From assembly GCA_015486055.1 (NCBI GenBank), contig WFSJ01000025.1, forward strand, positions 1,189 to 65,188: 64,000 nucleotides of DNA, given 5' to 3'. This document shows, piece after piece, positions 29,866 through 40,316 of the stretch. How positions within the stretch are numbered: the first letter of the stretch is position 1; the number at the start of each line of letters is the position of its first letter. The notes under the pieces were generated by a model. It saw only the letters and a program-made list of their open reading frames with translations, did not search any database and was not told where the DNA came from. The translations under genes were made by a program, and so were the position numbers. The DNA comes from Acidobacteriota bacterium (GTDB taxonomy: Bacteria > Acidobacteriota > Aminicenantia > S016-38).

Positions 29866-31155
29866 TCAATTGAATTTTGTCAAAATTTCCTTTGCAGCGT
29901 CCTTGTGCACAAGGATAGTGAGCATTTTAAGCTTGATATAATCCTCCCTGTAAAAGTAATACCCCTTAAATTTTCCCCATCTTGAGCTTCTTGCAGAATC
30001 CTTTATAAGAAACCAGTCCCAGTCTCCTATACGTTTATAACCGATAAGATGAATTCCATGGTCATCTGTTGTGGTATGATTGTAAATCCTGTATTCCCTT
30101 GAGCTCTGGTCTATATACTGTGGTGGAATATCAAAAGTAGGGATTACTGCTGCATCTTCTTTCCCGTTATAGCCGGGTTCGCTGACATCCCCACCTATAG
30201 CTATACTATAACCATGGGTTATCGCATATTTTATTATTTGATAGAAATCCTTCAGGGGAACATTATAATAATCTTTACTCCTTCTCCAGTTATCTGGAAC
30301 ATCAAATGTACCTTTCTTGTAAAAGGGCTGAGAAAGAGTGGACATAAAACTTACATAATCGGCAAGGTTTAATCTCAAAACTTCCTTAAGAAACTGCTTA
30401 GGAGTATATTTCCTGCCATTATATTGAAATTTCTCAGGGGGTTTTCCCATATACTTGTTAAGGATTAGTCTTATGTGAGGGATAATCAACTTTTCATCCC
30501 AGTAGTTCTTATCTCTACAGAAATTAAGATAATCTTTCATCTCCTTGAACATAAGATAATGGTCAAACCGTCCATCCTTCGCAAGAACTCCCCTGTAAGC
30601 TGAAAGGGGAACTATTCCATATTTTCTCCATATTCTTTGCACAGCATCCGATTCAGAGCCCTGTCCGAATTCAGAATTACCTCTTTCCCTCACAAATCTT
30701 CTTGCCTTCTCTATGTATTCGTAATAGGCAGTCCACATCTCTGAAAGCTTAATTTTTTGGCCAGTTAGTCTATATACTTCGGATTCAAAGAAGGATGTGG
30801 TTGAAAAATCCCAGCAGGTTCCAGTAAGATACTGAGCAACAGGGGGAAAATGAAAAACCTGTTTGAATTCAGAGGGAGAGGACGGTTTTTTCATTCCTTC
30901 AAAGCTGAACCTGAGGACTTTTCTATTTTCCCTCTTTTTCTTTTTTGCCTCTCTGTATTTTTTGTCTATCTCCTCTGTTTTTTTCTGTTCCTCCTTGAGG
31001 AGTTTTTTGTCCCTATCCATCATTTCCTTTATAACAGGTGAAACATACCGCTTCTCATAGTAGGCTTTATTCTTCCTGATTTTCTTCCCTGCGTAAGCAT
31101 TTCCGCCTAAAAAGCTCATAAGGACAATAAGAAAAATCCCATTAATTTTTTTCAT
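29866..31155 (-). CDS. Exported papain-clan (C1) cysteine aminopeptidase
   Basis: Signal peptide; QYLTGTCWDFS, TTDDHGIHLIG, IKDS. Confidence 0.85.
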   Translation of the reverse strand: MKKINGIFLIVLMSFLGGNAYAGKKIRKNKAYYEKRYVSPVIKEMMDRDKKLLKEEQKKTEEIDKKYREAKKKKRENRKVLRFSFEGMKKPSSPSEFKQVFHFPPVAQYLTGTCWDFSTTSFFESEVYRLTGQKIKLSEMWTAYYEYIEKARRFVRERGNSEFGQGSESDAVQRIWRKYGIVPLSAYRGVLAKDGRFDHYLMFKEMKDYLNFCRDKNYWDEKLIIPHIRLILNKYMGKPPEKFQYNGRKYTPKQFLKEVLRLNLADYVSFMSTLSQPFYKKGTFDVPDNWRRSKDYYNVPLKDFYQIIKYAITHGYSIAIGGDVSEPGYNGKEDAAVIPTFDIPPQYIDQSSREYRIYNHTTTDDHGIHLIGYKRIGDWDWFLIKDSARSSRWGKFKGYYFYREDYIKLKMLTILVHKDAAKEILTKFN

Positions 31156-31290
31156 TTTATACCTCCTTTTTCCTGCATTTTTTACATAGAGAAATATGTA
31201 TTGAATGTCCTTTTATCTTGAAAATATCCACAAGCTCTTTCATATTCACAAAAAAGAAATACCACCATAAAAAAATAAAGTCAAATTGAC

Positions 31291-31590
31291 TTAATCCATA
31301 TACCCAAGGTCCTTCAATAGCTTCTTAATTAACTCCTTATCCTCATCTGTTATCGGCTTCTTCACAGGAATGTCTTCAAGAGGGTGATAATTCTTACCAA
31401 AGGGAATTAAAGTCCATATCCTCTCGTGAACATAATAAACAATTAATTTCACTGCTACATCAAGAATCCCTATTCCAACTGCTAATTTCAACCTGCTGGT
31501 AAAAATAAAAACAAGACTCCCTGTGACAATAGAAGCTATTATCCTCCAGCTTATAGCCTTTACAAGGCTTCTTATCTTTTTCTCTTTCAC
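31291..31590 (-). CDS. DUF2061 family membrane protein
   Basis: RSLVKAISWR, YYVHERIW. Confidence 0.85.
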   Translation of the reverse strand: MKEKKIRSLVKAISWRIIASIVTGSLVFIFTSRLKLAVGIGILDVAVKLIVYYVHERIWTLIPFGKNYHPLEDIPVKKPITDEDKELIKKLLKDLGYMD

Positions 31591-31640
31591 CTTTTAATTT
31601 TCTCTCAAATTTCCTATTGTGTCAATTGTATAATTCAAGG

Positions 31641-33023
31641 GTGAGGATTTTTATAACTGCAATTTCAGGAACTGCAACAGCTTCCCTTGCTTCAATACTA
31701 ATTGAGGCAGGGCATAAGGTTTACGGTTCAGACAGGGAGTTCTATCCCCCGATGGGAGATTTTGTAAAATCTCTCCCTGTAAAATTATATGAAGGATTCT
31801 CCCCAAAAAACATAGAGAATTCCCTGCCTCTTGACGGACTTATAGCTGGCAATCTTGTATCATCTTCCAATACGGAGATTCAAAGGGCAATAGAGCTTGG
31901 AGTGGAGATTCTCTCAACCCCTGAAGCTCTATATCACTTTATAATTAAGAATAAGAAAAGAATAGTTGTTGCCGGAACACATGGTAAAACCACGACTTCT
32001 TCTCTTCTTGCATGGGGAATGGAAATTGCAGAAAAAAATCCCGGGTTTTTAATAGGGGGAATTCCCAATAACTTTGGCAAAAGCGGAAGACCAGGTGAGG
32101 AATGGTTCATAGTAGAAGGAGACGAGTATGAAACTTCTTTCTTTGACAAAGGGCCAAAATTTGCCCATCTTTTCCCTCATTATTTAATTCTTGGCCCGGT
32201 TGAGATGGACCATTATGACATTTACGAGACCTTTGATGCTGTAAAAAAGAGCTTTTCCTTGCTTGTTTCTTTAGTTCCGGAAAGCGGCATGGTTATCTCA
32301 TACTCAAGCCTTGCTAACAAAGAAATAATCAAAAAAGCAAAATGTCCAGTTATCTTTTATCCCTCTAAGAACTTAACTTATGAGAATTTGAAGATAAGCG
32401 AAAATGAAGTTGAGTTTGACCTTATTATAGAAGGGAAAAATCTAGGTAAATTCTCGAGCCAGCTCCCGAGCTCTCTTACAGCTTTAAATTTCCTGCCCGC
32501 AGCTTATATCCTATGGAAGCTTGGAGCAAAGGAGAAAACCATCAGGGAAGCATTTGGCACCTTTAAGGGAGTAAAAAGGAGAATGGAACTCCTTCTTCAG
32601 AGGAGGAATCTTCTTTTTTTCACTGATTTTGCACATCATCCAACATCCCTGAGGGCAAACCTTGAAGATTTAAGGAAGAGATTCAGAACCTGGAATATAA
32701 TAGCCATCCTTGAGCCAAAAAGTTGGACAATGAGAAGCAGTTTATTCCAGAAAAGGATTCCTGAAGCGCTATCACCCGCTAACCACTCAATAATAACTCC
32801 CCCACCCTCAGGTCCTCTTAAAAAGGGGATTCCTCTTGACAGGGGAAAAATCTGCAGAGTTATATCCTCAATTGGAAAGAACGCCCTATGTCCCAACAGA
32901 TGGGATGAAATTTACAAATTTATACCGCAATTGATCAGGGAAAAAACTATTATCGTTCTTTTTTCTAATGGAAATATAAGAGAAAAGACAGAAAAAATAA
33001 AGGAAGTTCTTTCCCAAATTTAA
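31641..33023 (+). CDS. mpl: Murein peptide ligase Mpl (MurC-like)
   Basis: ISGTA, GSD..FYPPM, AGTHGKTTT, EGDEYETSFFDK, GVKRRME, DFAHHPT. Start GTG 31641. Confidence 0.85.
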   Translation: MRIFITAISGTATASLASILIEAGHKVYGSDREFYPPMGDFVKSLPVKLYEGFSPKNIENSLPLDGLIAGNLVSSSNTEIQRAIELGVEILSTPEALYHFIIKNKKRIVVAGTHGKTTTSSLLAWGMEIAEKNPGFLIGGIPNNFGKSGRPGEEWFIVEGDEYETSFFDKGPKFAHLFPHYLILGPVEMDHYDIYETFDAVKKSFSLLVSLVPESGMVISYSSLANKEIIKKAKCPVIFYPSKNLTYENLKISENEVEFDLIIEGKNLGKFSSQLPSSLTALNFLPAAYILWKLGAKEKTIREAFGTFKGVKRRMELLLQRRNLLFFTDFAHHPTSLRANLEDLRKRFRTWNIIAILEPKSWTMRSSLFQKRIPEALSPANHSIITPPPSGPLKKGIPLDRGKICRVISSIGKNALCPNRWDEIYKFIPQLIREKTIIVLFSNGNIREKTEKIKEVLSQI

Positions 33024-33053
33024 ATCTGTTATACTCTATCCTCGGAGAGAAAA

Positions 33054-34856
33054 ATGTGCGGAATATTCGGGATAGTTTACAGCGAAGAAAAGAACAACCT
33101 CGGCGAGTGCCTTATGAAGGCGGCAAGAAGGCTTGTCTATAGGGGTTATGACTCTGCTGGATTTGTTGGAATAAGCGAGGAGGGCAAAATTGACCTTAGA
33201 AAGGATGCAGGGAAACTTGATAAAATAGCTAAAAAATTGAAATTTCAGGAAATAAAAGGAAAAAGGGGAATTATTCAGCTCAGGTGGGCAACTTTTGGGA
33301 TACCCAAGAAGGAAAATGCTCAACCCCATGTAGACTGCAAGAAAAGGCTGGTTTCCGCCCACAATGGCAACGTTGTAAATACAGGAGAGCTAATAAGGGA
33401 ACTTACATTTAAAGGGCATAGCTTTATGGGGGACAACGACGGTGAAGTTGTTTGCCATACAGTAGAAGACTTCTTCAACGTTGATCATAACCTCGGAAAA
33501 TCAATAATGAAAGCATATAGGATTTTAAGGGGGGACTACTCCTATATTATAGCTGATTCAAAGGAGAAAGGAATGTTCGCAGTAAAAAAAGGTTCCTCTC
33601 TTTTCCTTGGAATAGGGAAAGATTTTACCTGTGCTTCTTCTGATCTCCCATCAATTCTTCCCTTCACAAAAAGATATATTCCCCTCTACGATGGCGAATT
33701 TGCCGAATTCCATAGTTCGTCCTATAAAATAATGTCCCTTGAAACTGGAGAAAGAATAGAAAGGGAGGAATTAATATACAAAGGAGATATTTCTCAGGCA
33801 GAAAAAGGAGGATTCCCACATTTTATGATAAAGGAGATAAAAGAACAGCCAAGGACCGTAAACGGAATAATTTCTTACCTAAATGATTCAGGGGAAGCTT
33901 TGGAATATGGAAAGCAGATAAGGAAATCAAGGAAAGCATTTCTCATTGGTTCGGGTTCCTCTTACCACGCATCATTAATGGGGAGTTATTTCCTCAACAG
34001 GATAGGGAGAAAATTCTCAATCCCTGTGGTTTCAGGAGAATTCAAAGAACTTTTCGGGAATACCCTTAACAAAAGGGACAGCTTTATTTTAGTGAGCCAG
34101 AGCGGCGAGACAAAGGATACAATTAATGTGCTAAACTATCTTCAGGAAAGAGGATTTGAGAACTTATACTCATTTGTCAATATCCCCGGTTCAACCCTTT
34201 ACTTAAGAACAAAAAAGAGATTCCCAGTAATGTCCGAGCTTGAGATAAGCGTAGCTGCAACAAAAACCTTTCTGAATCAAGCAGTGGGATTCGTTGGACT
34301 TTCAGCCTTAATTGGTGGGAGAAATGATATCCTGAAGGAAATTTCCCTTCTTCCCGGACTCTTGGAGGAAACAATAGGGAAATCTGAGGTCTTCTGCGAA
34401 AATTTAGCTGAGGAATTAAAAAGCTCCCTCTCAATATATATTCTTGGATATGGGCCCAATCATCCAGCAGCCCTTGAAGGCGCTCTTAAAATAAAGGAAG
34501 TTTCCTACATCCATGGAGAGGCTTATTATTCCACTGAGTTCAAGCATGGTCCTCTTGCATTGATTGAAGAAGGGAATCCCGTTATTTTCCTCTCTTCAAG
34601 GGAAGACTCTGAAAAGATAATATCGGCGATAAACGAGGTCAGGGTAAGAAAGGGGAAGATAATTTCAATCTCCCCTGAAAATTCCTCCATAAGATTGAAT
34701 TCCGATGTTTTTATTCCACTTCCCTACGAGAATTACACAATGACCCCGCTTCTTTCCGTTGCTGTCCTTCAGCTCCTCGCATATTATCTATCTGTTAAAA
34801 GGGATATTGACCCTGATACGCCAAGGAATCTTTCTAAAACGATAACAGTGGACTGA
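33054..34856 (+). CDS. glmS: Glutamine--fructose-6-phosphate aminotransferase (variant N-terminal motif)
   Basis: MCGI, YRGYDSAG, HNG, SQSGET, ATKTF, EGALKIKE, KHGP, PRNLSKTITVD. Confidence 0.9.
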   Translation: MCGIFGIVYSEEKNNLGECLMKAARRLVYRGYDSAGFVGISEEGKIDLRKDAGKLDKIAKKLKFQEIKGKRGIIQLRWATFGIPKKENAQPHVDCKKRLVSAHNGNVVNTGELIRELTFKGHSFMGDNDGEVVCHTVEDFFNVDHNLGKSIMKAYRILRGDYSYIIADSKEKGMFAVKKGSSLFLGIGKDFTCASSDLPSILPFTKRYIPLYDGEFAEFHSSSYKIMSLETGERIEREELIYKGDISQAEKGGFPHFMIKEIKEQPRTVNGIISYLNDSGEALEYGKQIRKSRKAFLIGSGSSYHASLMGSYFLNRIGRKFSIPVVSGEFKELFGNTLNKRDSFILVSQSGETKDTINVLNYLQERGFENLYSFVNIPGSTLYLRTKKRFPVMSELEISVAATKTFLNQAVGFVGLSALIGGRNDILKEISLLPGLLEETIGKSEVFCENLAEELKSSLSIYILGYGPNHPAALEGALKIKEVSYIHGEAYYSTEFKHGPLALIEEGNPVIFLSSREDSEKIISAINEVRVRKGKIISISPENSSIRLNSDVFIPLPYENYTMTPLLSVAVLQLLAYYLSVKRDIDPDTPRNLSKTITVD

Positions 34857-34857
34857 G

Positions 34858-35904
34858 ATGGAAGCATTCATACTGCTAATGCTCATTTTTCTCCTTCTGT
34901 TCATAGTTCTTTTTGCATTCGTCACGATAGAGAACAAAAGAAGGGATGAAGAGGTGAGTAGTTCTCTCAATACATTTTCTGAAAGCCTGAAAAAAGAAGT
35001 CATTGAGATAATCTCACCCGTGAAGGAAAGGCTTGACTCAACAAAGCAAAGTCTTGGAGAGACGATATCAGACCTTAAGGAAGAAACAAAAAGAACAGTT
35101 GAGGAACTCGGAAATGCAAGGGTCACCCTTGAAAGGCTCTCTTCTGAAAACAGGAGAGTCCAGGAAATCACGGAAAAATTGGGGGATCTTTTCCGCTCCA
35201 CAAAGGAGAGGGGAACAATCGGAGAATTTCTCCTTGAGAATATACTTTCAAGCTTCCTCCCGGACTACATGTGGGAAAGGCAATTTTCTATAGGTTCTGA
35301 AACCGAGAGAGTAGATGCTGTGGTGAAGTTTAAGAACATGGTCGTTCCTATAGATTCAAAATTCCCAAGGGAAAGTTATCTCAACTTTGCAAACTCCCAA
35401 GGAGAAGAGAGCAAAAGGAAATGGAAGGACTTTAAGAACGCCATCAAAAACAAAATAAAAGATATATCAGAGAAATATATAAGACCAGGTGAAGGGACAT
35501 CAAACTATGCCATAATGTTTGTGCCCTCTGAACCAGTTCATTCCATAATAAGCTCTTCTAATGACCCATTTGGGGAAAGAAATGACATTTGGGACTTTGC
35601 AGTTTCAAAGAGGGTAATATTGGCAGGGCCTTACAGTCTTCTTGCGATAATTTCCTCTCTCTTAGCATTCAACGAAGCAGAAACTATTGGAAAGAAAATA
35701 AATCTGATCTATAGAGCAATAAACGGAGCCTTAGAAAGAATGGAAAGTATCGAAAAGGTTATGACAATCGCAAAAAAGCAGCTCAAAAGTTCACTTGAAA
35801 ATATATCACGGGTAGAAAACGAGATAGAAAAAGCAAAATATTCCCTCAACATAGCCAAACAAGAGGAAAAAGTATTACCTGATAATCAGACTCCCTCCGA
35901 ATAA
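34858..35904 (+). CDS. rmuC: DNA recombination protein RmuC family
   Basis: N-terminal TM, coiled coil, RGTIGE, VDAVV, PIDSKFP, KYI, MFVPSE. Confidence 0.9.
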   Translation: MEAFILLMLIFLLLFIVLFAFVTIENKRRDEEVSSSLNTFSESLKKEVIEIISPVKERLDSTKQSLGETISDLKEETKRTVEELGNARVTLERLSSENRRVQEITEKLGDLFRSTKERGTIGEFLLENILSSFLPDYMWERQFSIGSETERVDAVVKFKNMVVPIDSKFPRESYLNFANSQGEESKRKWKDFKNAIKNKIKDISEKYIRPGEGTSNYAIMFVPSEPVHSIISSSNDPFGERNDIWDFAVSKRVILAGPYSLLAIISSLLAFNEAETIGKKINLIYRAINGALERMESIEKVMTIAKKQLKSSLENISRVENEIEKAKYSLNIAKQEEKVLPDNQTPSE

Positions 35905-35921
35905 ACTACCTTTCCTATCAC

Positions 35922-37418
35922 TTATTTCATTTTCTCCCAGATGGCTATCTCTATTATCCTATAGTCTGGAGAAAGTGATGTTATATCCCTTGAAAAATTA
36001 TATGTCCAGCCTAAAGATGGGAGAGGGCCTGCTGCCTGCGTTGTAACGAGAAATCGTGATGATAATGTCCCGAATCCCTGCGCCTGCTTCAATAAATTTT
36101 CACTGTCCCCTCCCTGAGAATCTACTGGAACCCAGCCATAATTAGGGAAATAAACCTCGCTCCAGCGATGAAACACCCAGTCATAGCCTGTTCCCCTTTC
36201 AACAACAGCCCCAACATATCTTGCAGGAATTCCTGCTGCTCTCAAAAGTGAGATGAAGCTGAATGTATATTCAGAGCAGGAACCAGAGCCCCTCTTAAGA
36301 ACAACAGGAGCAGGGTTCCATCCCCCTGCAAGTTCATAGTGAAGCTTCTGTCCTATATACTGATATATTTTCCTTACTTTTCTGTAGTAATTCCTCTCAT
36401 TTCCGAGAATTTCTTTTACTGTTTCCCTTATATACGGATTATTTACATCGTATTTTTCTCCATCATTTAGATAGATCCTTTTTACATTTTCAGGGATCTC
36501 GCCATTTACAGATTCAGGGCTCATGAAATAGTGAATAGGATATAGCTTTGATTCTACAATAACAGAACACACCTTTTTCTCGCCAGGTTTTATGTTTACT
36601 AACCTGCAATCCATTATCTTTTGCTCATCCTCCAATCTATATCTTACTTTCGGATAAATATTAAGAATTTCCTGGAAATTCCTGTTTTCCGGTATAGCAA
36701 AATGCATAGTAGCTTCTCTTATACCTTTCCCACCGGCAACTATCCCCTGAGTAAGTGTTATCTTCCACTTTTTTCCCTCTCCCCTTATGAATTTATTCCT
36801 GAAGAAGGAGTTTATATCCACTTTCTCAACTTTCTTCTCAGCAAAGTCTGCTATCGTTGCAATTCCATCTTTATAGCTTATTCCTGTTGGTTTCTCCCCT
36901 TTATATGGAAAGTAATTCAAAAGCCATCCTGTTTCAGGGTCAAATTGATAGATCAGCCTGAGCTTTGAATCCACTCCCCACAGGTATCCATTTCCGTAGT
37001 CAAGGGCAGATATTGTCCACGAAGGAGAAGGAAACGAGAAATAATCAGTTCCGTCCTCTGAAGAAATTCTATAAATTTTCCTGGGGGACGCAACCCAAAG
37101 GGCCTTTCTATCGCCATCCCAAGCTATTCCCACAAGAGATGAAGACGGGGGCTCCAGAACCTTTGCGTAATTTCCATTCCTGTCGATAGCAACAATTTTA
37201 TTTTCCATCCTTGAGCATACCCAGAAATATTTGCCATCGTATGTTATATCAGTCGGTATAATAAGTCCTGTCTCTATTTGTTTCCCATTGACTAAAATAG
37301 AAGAAGTATTAAGGTCAAGTAATGCCTTTACCCCGTCTTTCCAGTAAATTCCCGCAGGGTATTTCAACCCTGCAGCAAGGGACAAAACGAAAACTATAAA
37401 CGCAAGTGCCTTTTTCAT
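35922..37418 (-). CDS. Exported beta-propeller plus transglutaminase-like protein
   Basis: Signal peptide; repeats ITYDGKYFWV / IAWDGDRKALWV / LDYGNGYLWG; catalytic GSCSE, FHRWSEVY, WVPVD. Confidence 0.85.
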   Translation of the reverse strand: MKKALAFIVFVLSLAAGLKYPAGIYWKDGVKALLDLNTSSILVNGKQIETGLIIPTDITYDGKYFWVCSRMENKIVAIDRNGNYAKVLEPPSSSLVGIAWDGDRKALWVASPRKIYRISSEDGTDYFSFPSPSWTISALDYGNGYLWGVDSKLRLIYQFDPETGWLLNYFPYKGEKPTGISYKDGIATIADFAEKKVEKVDINSFFRNKFIRGEGKKWKITLTQGIVAGGKGIREATMHFAIPENRNFQEILNIYPKVRYRLEDEQKIMDCRLVNIKPGEKKVCSVIVESKLYPIHYFMSPESVNGEIPENVKRIYLNDGEKYDVNNPYIRETVKEILGNERNYYRKVRKIYQYIGQKLHYELAGGWNPAPVVLKRGSGSCSEYTFSFISLLRAAGIPARYVGAVVERGTGYDWVFHRWSEVYFPNYGWVPVDSQGGDSENLLKQAQGFGTLSSRFLVTTQAAGPLPSLGWTYNFSRDITSLSPDYRIIEIAIWEKMK

Positions 37419-37504
37419 TTTTTACCTCCCAAATTGAGTTTAGACAGATTTTTCCCAATTTTCAAGAGTTTGAGGGAGCATTTTTTTTGTTGTAGTATAA
37501 TCTT

Positions 37505-38911
37505 ATGCCAAAAAAGTTCCTTATTTACAATACATTGTCGGGAAGGATTGAAGAGTTCGTTCCTTTAAAAGAAGGAGTTGTAAAAATGTACACCTGCGGA
37601 CCCACTGTTTATGATTACGCCCACATAGGAAATTTCAGGAGCTATATAGCAGAGGACCTTCTTAAAAGATTCCTCAGATTCCTCGGTTATAAAGTTATAC
37701 ATACTATGAACATAACAGATGTAGATGATAAAACAATAACAGGCGCAAGAACACAGGGAACATCCCTTAAGGAGTTCACCGCTAAATACGAGAAGGCATT
37801 TTTTGAGGACATAGATAAACTAAGGATCAGCAAGGCTGATTATTATCCAAGAGCGACAGAGAATATTGACGGTATGATCAAGATAATTCAGGGACTCCTT
37901 GATAAAGGCTATGCCTATGAAAAGGAAGGATCGATCTATTACAGGATTTCTTCCTTCCCTGAATACGGAAAGCTCTCAAAAATAAAGAAAGAGGATCTTA
38001 AAAAGGGGATAAGGATAGAATCAGATGAATATGAGAAGGAAAATGCAAGGGATTTTTCCCTCTGGAAGGCGAAAAAGCCAGGCGAACCTTTCTGGAAAGC
38101 TCCTTTTGGAGAAGGAAGGCCAGGATGGCACATAGAATGCTCCACAATGAGCATGAAATACTTCGGTCCCACCCTTGATATTCACGCAGGAGGGGTTGAC
38201 AATATATTTCCACACCACGAAAACGAAATAGCCCAGTCAGAGGCATATACTGGAAAACCCTTCGTAAGATACTGGTTTCACATTCAGCATTTAATTGTAA
38301 ATGGTGAAAAAATGAGCAAGTCAAAGGGAAATTTTTATACGCTCAGAGACCTCCTATCAATGGGATTTTCTCCAAGAGCAATAAGATACCTCCTCCTCTC
38401 GGCCCATTACAGAAAGATCCTGAATTTTACCTTCGATGCCCTTTATCAAGCAGCAGCCTCTCTTAAAAGGATAACGGATTTCCTTTTTGAACTTGAAACA
38501 AAGGAATTTGATGAGGGAAAAACAGGGGAAGCGGAAAAAATGGTAAGGGAAACGAGGAAAAAATTTACCGATTCACTCGCAGATGATCTCAATATTTCCT
38601 CTGCTATGGGGGCAATCTTTAATCTAATTCACTGGGGAAATAAGGCTCTTGAGGAAGGGAAGCTAAAAAAAGAAGATACAAGGAAAATAAAATCCATGTT
38701 CTACGAATTTGACAGAGTCCTTGCGGTCCTTCCAGAACAGATAATAGAGGAACTTCCCGAGGAAATTATGGAGCTGATAAAAAAGAGGGAAGAGGCAAGA
38801 AAAAACATGGATTTTGCGACCTCAGATGCCATAAGGGATGAACTCTTTAAAAGAGGAATAATCCTTGAGGATACAAAGGAAGGAACCAGATGGAAAATGA
38901 TAAAAAAATAA
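37505..38911 (+). CDS. cysS: Cysteine--tRNA ligase
   Basis: CGPTVY, HIGN, GRPGWHIECS, FPHHENE, KMSKS. Confidence 0.98.
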   Translation: MPKKFLIYNTLSGRIEEFVPLKEGVVKMYTCGPTVYDYAHIGNFRSYIAEDLLKRFLRFLGYKVIHTMNITDVDDKTITGARTQGTSLKEFTAKYEKAFFEDIDKLRISKADYYPRATENIDGMIKIIQGLLDKGYAYEKEGSIYYRISSFPEYGKLSKIKKEDLKKGIRIESDEYEKENARDFSLWKAKKPGEPFWKAPFGEGRPGWHIECSTMSMKYFGPTLDIHAGGVDNIFPHHENEIAQSEAYTGKPFVRYWFHIQHLIVNGEKMSKSKGNFYTLRDLLSMGFSPRAIRYLLLSAHYRKILNFTFDALYQAAASLKRITDFLFELETKEFDEGKTGEAEKMVRETRKKFTDSLADDLNISSAMGAIFNLIHWGNKALEEGKLKKEDTRKIKSMFYEFDRVLAVLPEQIIEELPEEIMELIKKREEARKNMDFATSDAIRDELFKRGIILEDTKEGTRWKMIKK

Positions 38912-39252
38912 ATCTTGGAAAGGAAGGGGAAAAGGAAGCAGCGAAATTCCTCAAGAAAAAGGGATACAAGATTCTTGACAGGAACTTCAGAGTAAAGGGA
39001 GGAGAACTTGATATAGTGGCAGAGAAAAGTGGGGAAATCGTATTCGTGGAGGTGAAAGCAAGGAGTTCGGATAAATTCATGGAGCCTGTTGAGGCAATTA
39101 CCCCCAAAAAAAGAAAAAGCCTGAGGAAAGCGGCTGAAATTTTCCTCCTTTCTAAAAAACTTGACCTCAACCCATGCAGATTTGATGTAATAACCATAAT
39201 AAAGAAAGCAGGAAAGAGCAAAATAGAACATCTGGAGAATGTCTATATATGA
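38890..39252 (+). CDS. YraN/UPF0102 family endonuclease-like protein
   Basis: GKEGE..A, GELDIVA, FVEVKAR, CRFDV. Confidence 0.93.
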   Translation: MENDKKINLGKEGEKEAAKFLKKKGYKILDRNFRVKGGELDIVAEKSGEIVFVEVKARSSDKFMEPVEAITPKKRKSLRKAAEIFLLSKKLDLNPCRFDVITIIKKAGKSKIEHLENVYI

Positions 39253-40262
39253 GTGAATTAAGAAAGGACCCCCTAAGTGGAAGATGGGTTATAATCGCCC
39301 CCGAAAGAGGGTTAAGACCAATCCAATTTGGAAGAAGATCCAAATTCCACCACAAGGGAACCCCAAAAGAATGTCCATTTTGCCCTGGAAACGAGGGGAA
39401 AACTCCAAATGAAATCTTTGCTATAAGAGACATTCTATCCCCGAAGAATTCTCCTAACTGGGAGATAAGAGTGATGCCAAACAAATATCCCATCCTCAGG
39501 GTTGAGGAAAAAATGGTGAAGTCAGGGGAAGGAATTTACGACAAAATGAGCGGTATAGGGGCTCATGAGATAATTATCGAAACCCCTTCACATTACGAGA
39601 CAATTCCAAGAATGCCTCTTGAAAGGGTTGAAAAGATAATTTTTACATACAGGGAAAGGATAAGGGACCTTAAAAATGACATAAGGCTAAAGCAGATACT
39701 TATATTCAAAAACCATGGGGAGGAGGCAGGAGCCTCTCTCTCCCATGCCCATTCTCAGCTGATAGCTCTACCAATAATTCCAAAAAGGATAATGGAGGAA
39801 ATGGAAGGGGCAAGAAAATACTATCAGTTCAGGGAAAGATGTCCAATATGCGATATTGTCGCCCAAGAACTTGAGGATGGCAAAAGGGTAGTTGAGGAAA
39901 ACGAAGGTATGGTTGCGATAGAGCCATTTTCCTCAAGGTTCCCATTTGAAGTCTGGATAATCCCGAAAAAACATTCCCCGAATTTTGGCGATGTGAACGA
40001 TAAAGAGGTAAAACAACTGGCAGAAATATATCAAAGCATATTGAGGAAAATGGATGTTGCCCTTGAGGAACCTTGCTTCAACATGATCCTTCATACAAAG
40101 CCTTATATAGAAGAGGGAAGCCCTTACTATCACTGGCATGTTCAGATAATTCCACAGATAACGAGAATAGCAGGTTTCGAATGGGGAAGCGGTATATTCG
40201 TTAACACTGTTCCTCCCGAAGAAGCAGCTGAATTCTTAAGGAAAGCGACATGGAAGAAATAG
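39249..40262 (+). CDS. galT: GalT-family HIT nucleotidyltransferase (galactose-1-phosphate uridylyltransferase or ADP-glucose phosphorylase-like)
   Basis: ELRKDP, CPFCPGNE, NKYP, GASLSHAHSQ, HWH, AGFEWG. Confidence 0.85.
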   Translation: MSELRKDPLSGRWVIIAPERGLRPIQFGRRSKFHHKGTPKECPFCPGNEGKTPNEIFAIRDILSPKNSPNWEIRVMPNKYPILRVEEKMVKSGEGIYDKMSGIGAHEIIIETPSHYETIPRMPLERVEKIIFTYRERIRDLKNDIRLKQILIFKNHGEEAGASLSHAHSQLIALPIIPKRIMEEMEGARKYYQFRERCPICDIVAQELEDGKRVVEENEGMVAIEPFSSRFPFEVWIIPKKHSPNFGDVNDKEVKQLAEIYQSILRKMDVALEEPCFNMILHTKPYIEEGSPYYHWHVQIIPQITRIAGFEWGSGIFVNTVPPEEAAEFLRKATWKK

Positions 40263-40316
40263 TCCTCTGCGGAAAATTAAAGCTCTTGGGAACAGTTAGG
40301 TTTGGTAAAAATTGAT

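Noticed and set aside
31278-31292. Palindrome AAGTCAA-A-TTGACTT upstream of the C1 peptidase
   Set aside because: Short, AT-rich, overlaps a stop codon and a likely -35 box; could easily be chance.
33024-33053. glmS ribozyme
   Set aside because: Only 30 nt of intergenic space.
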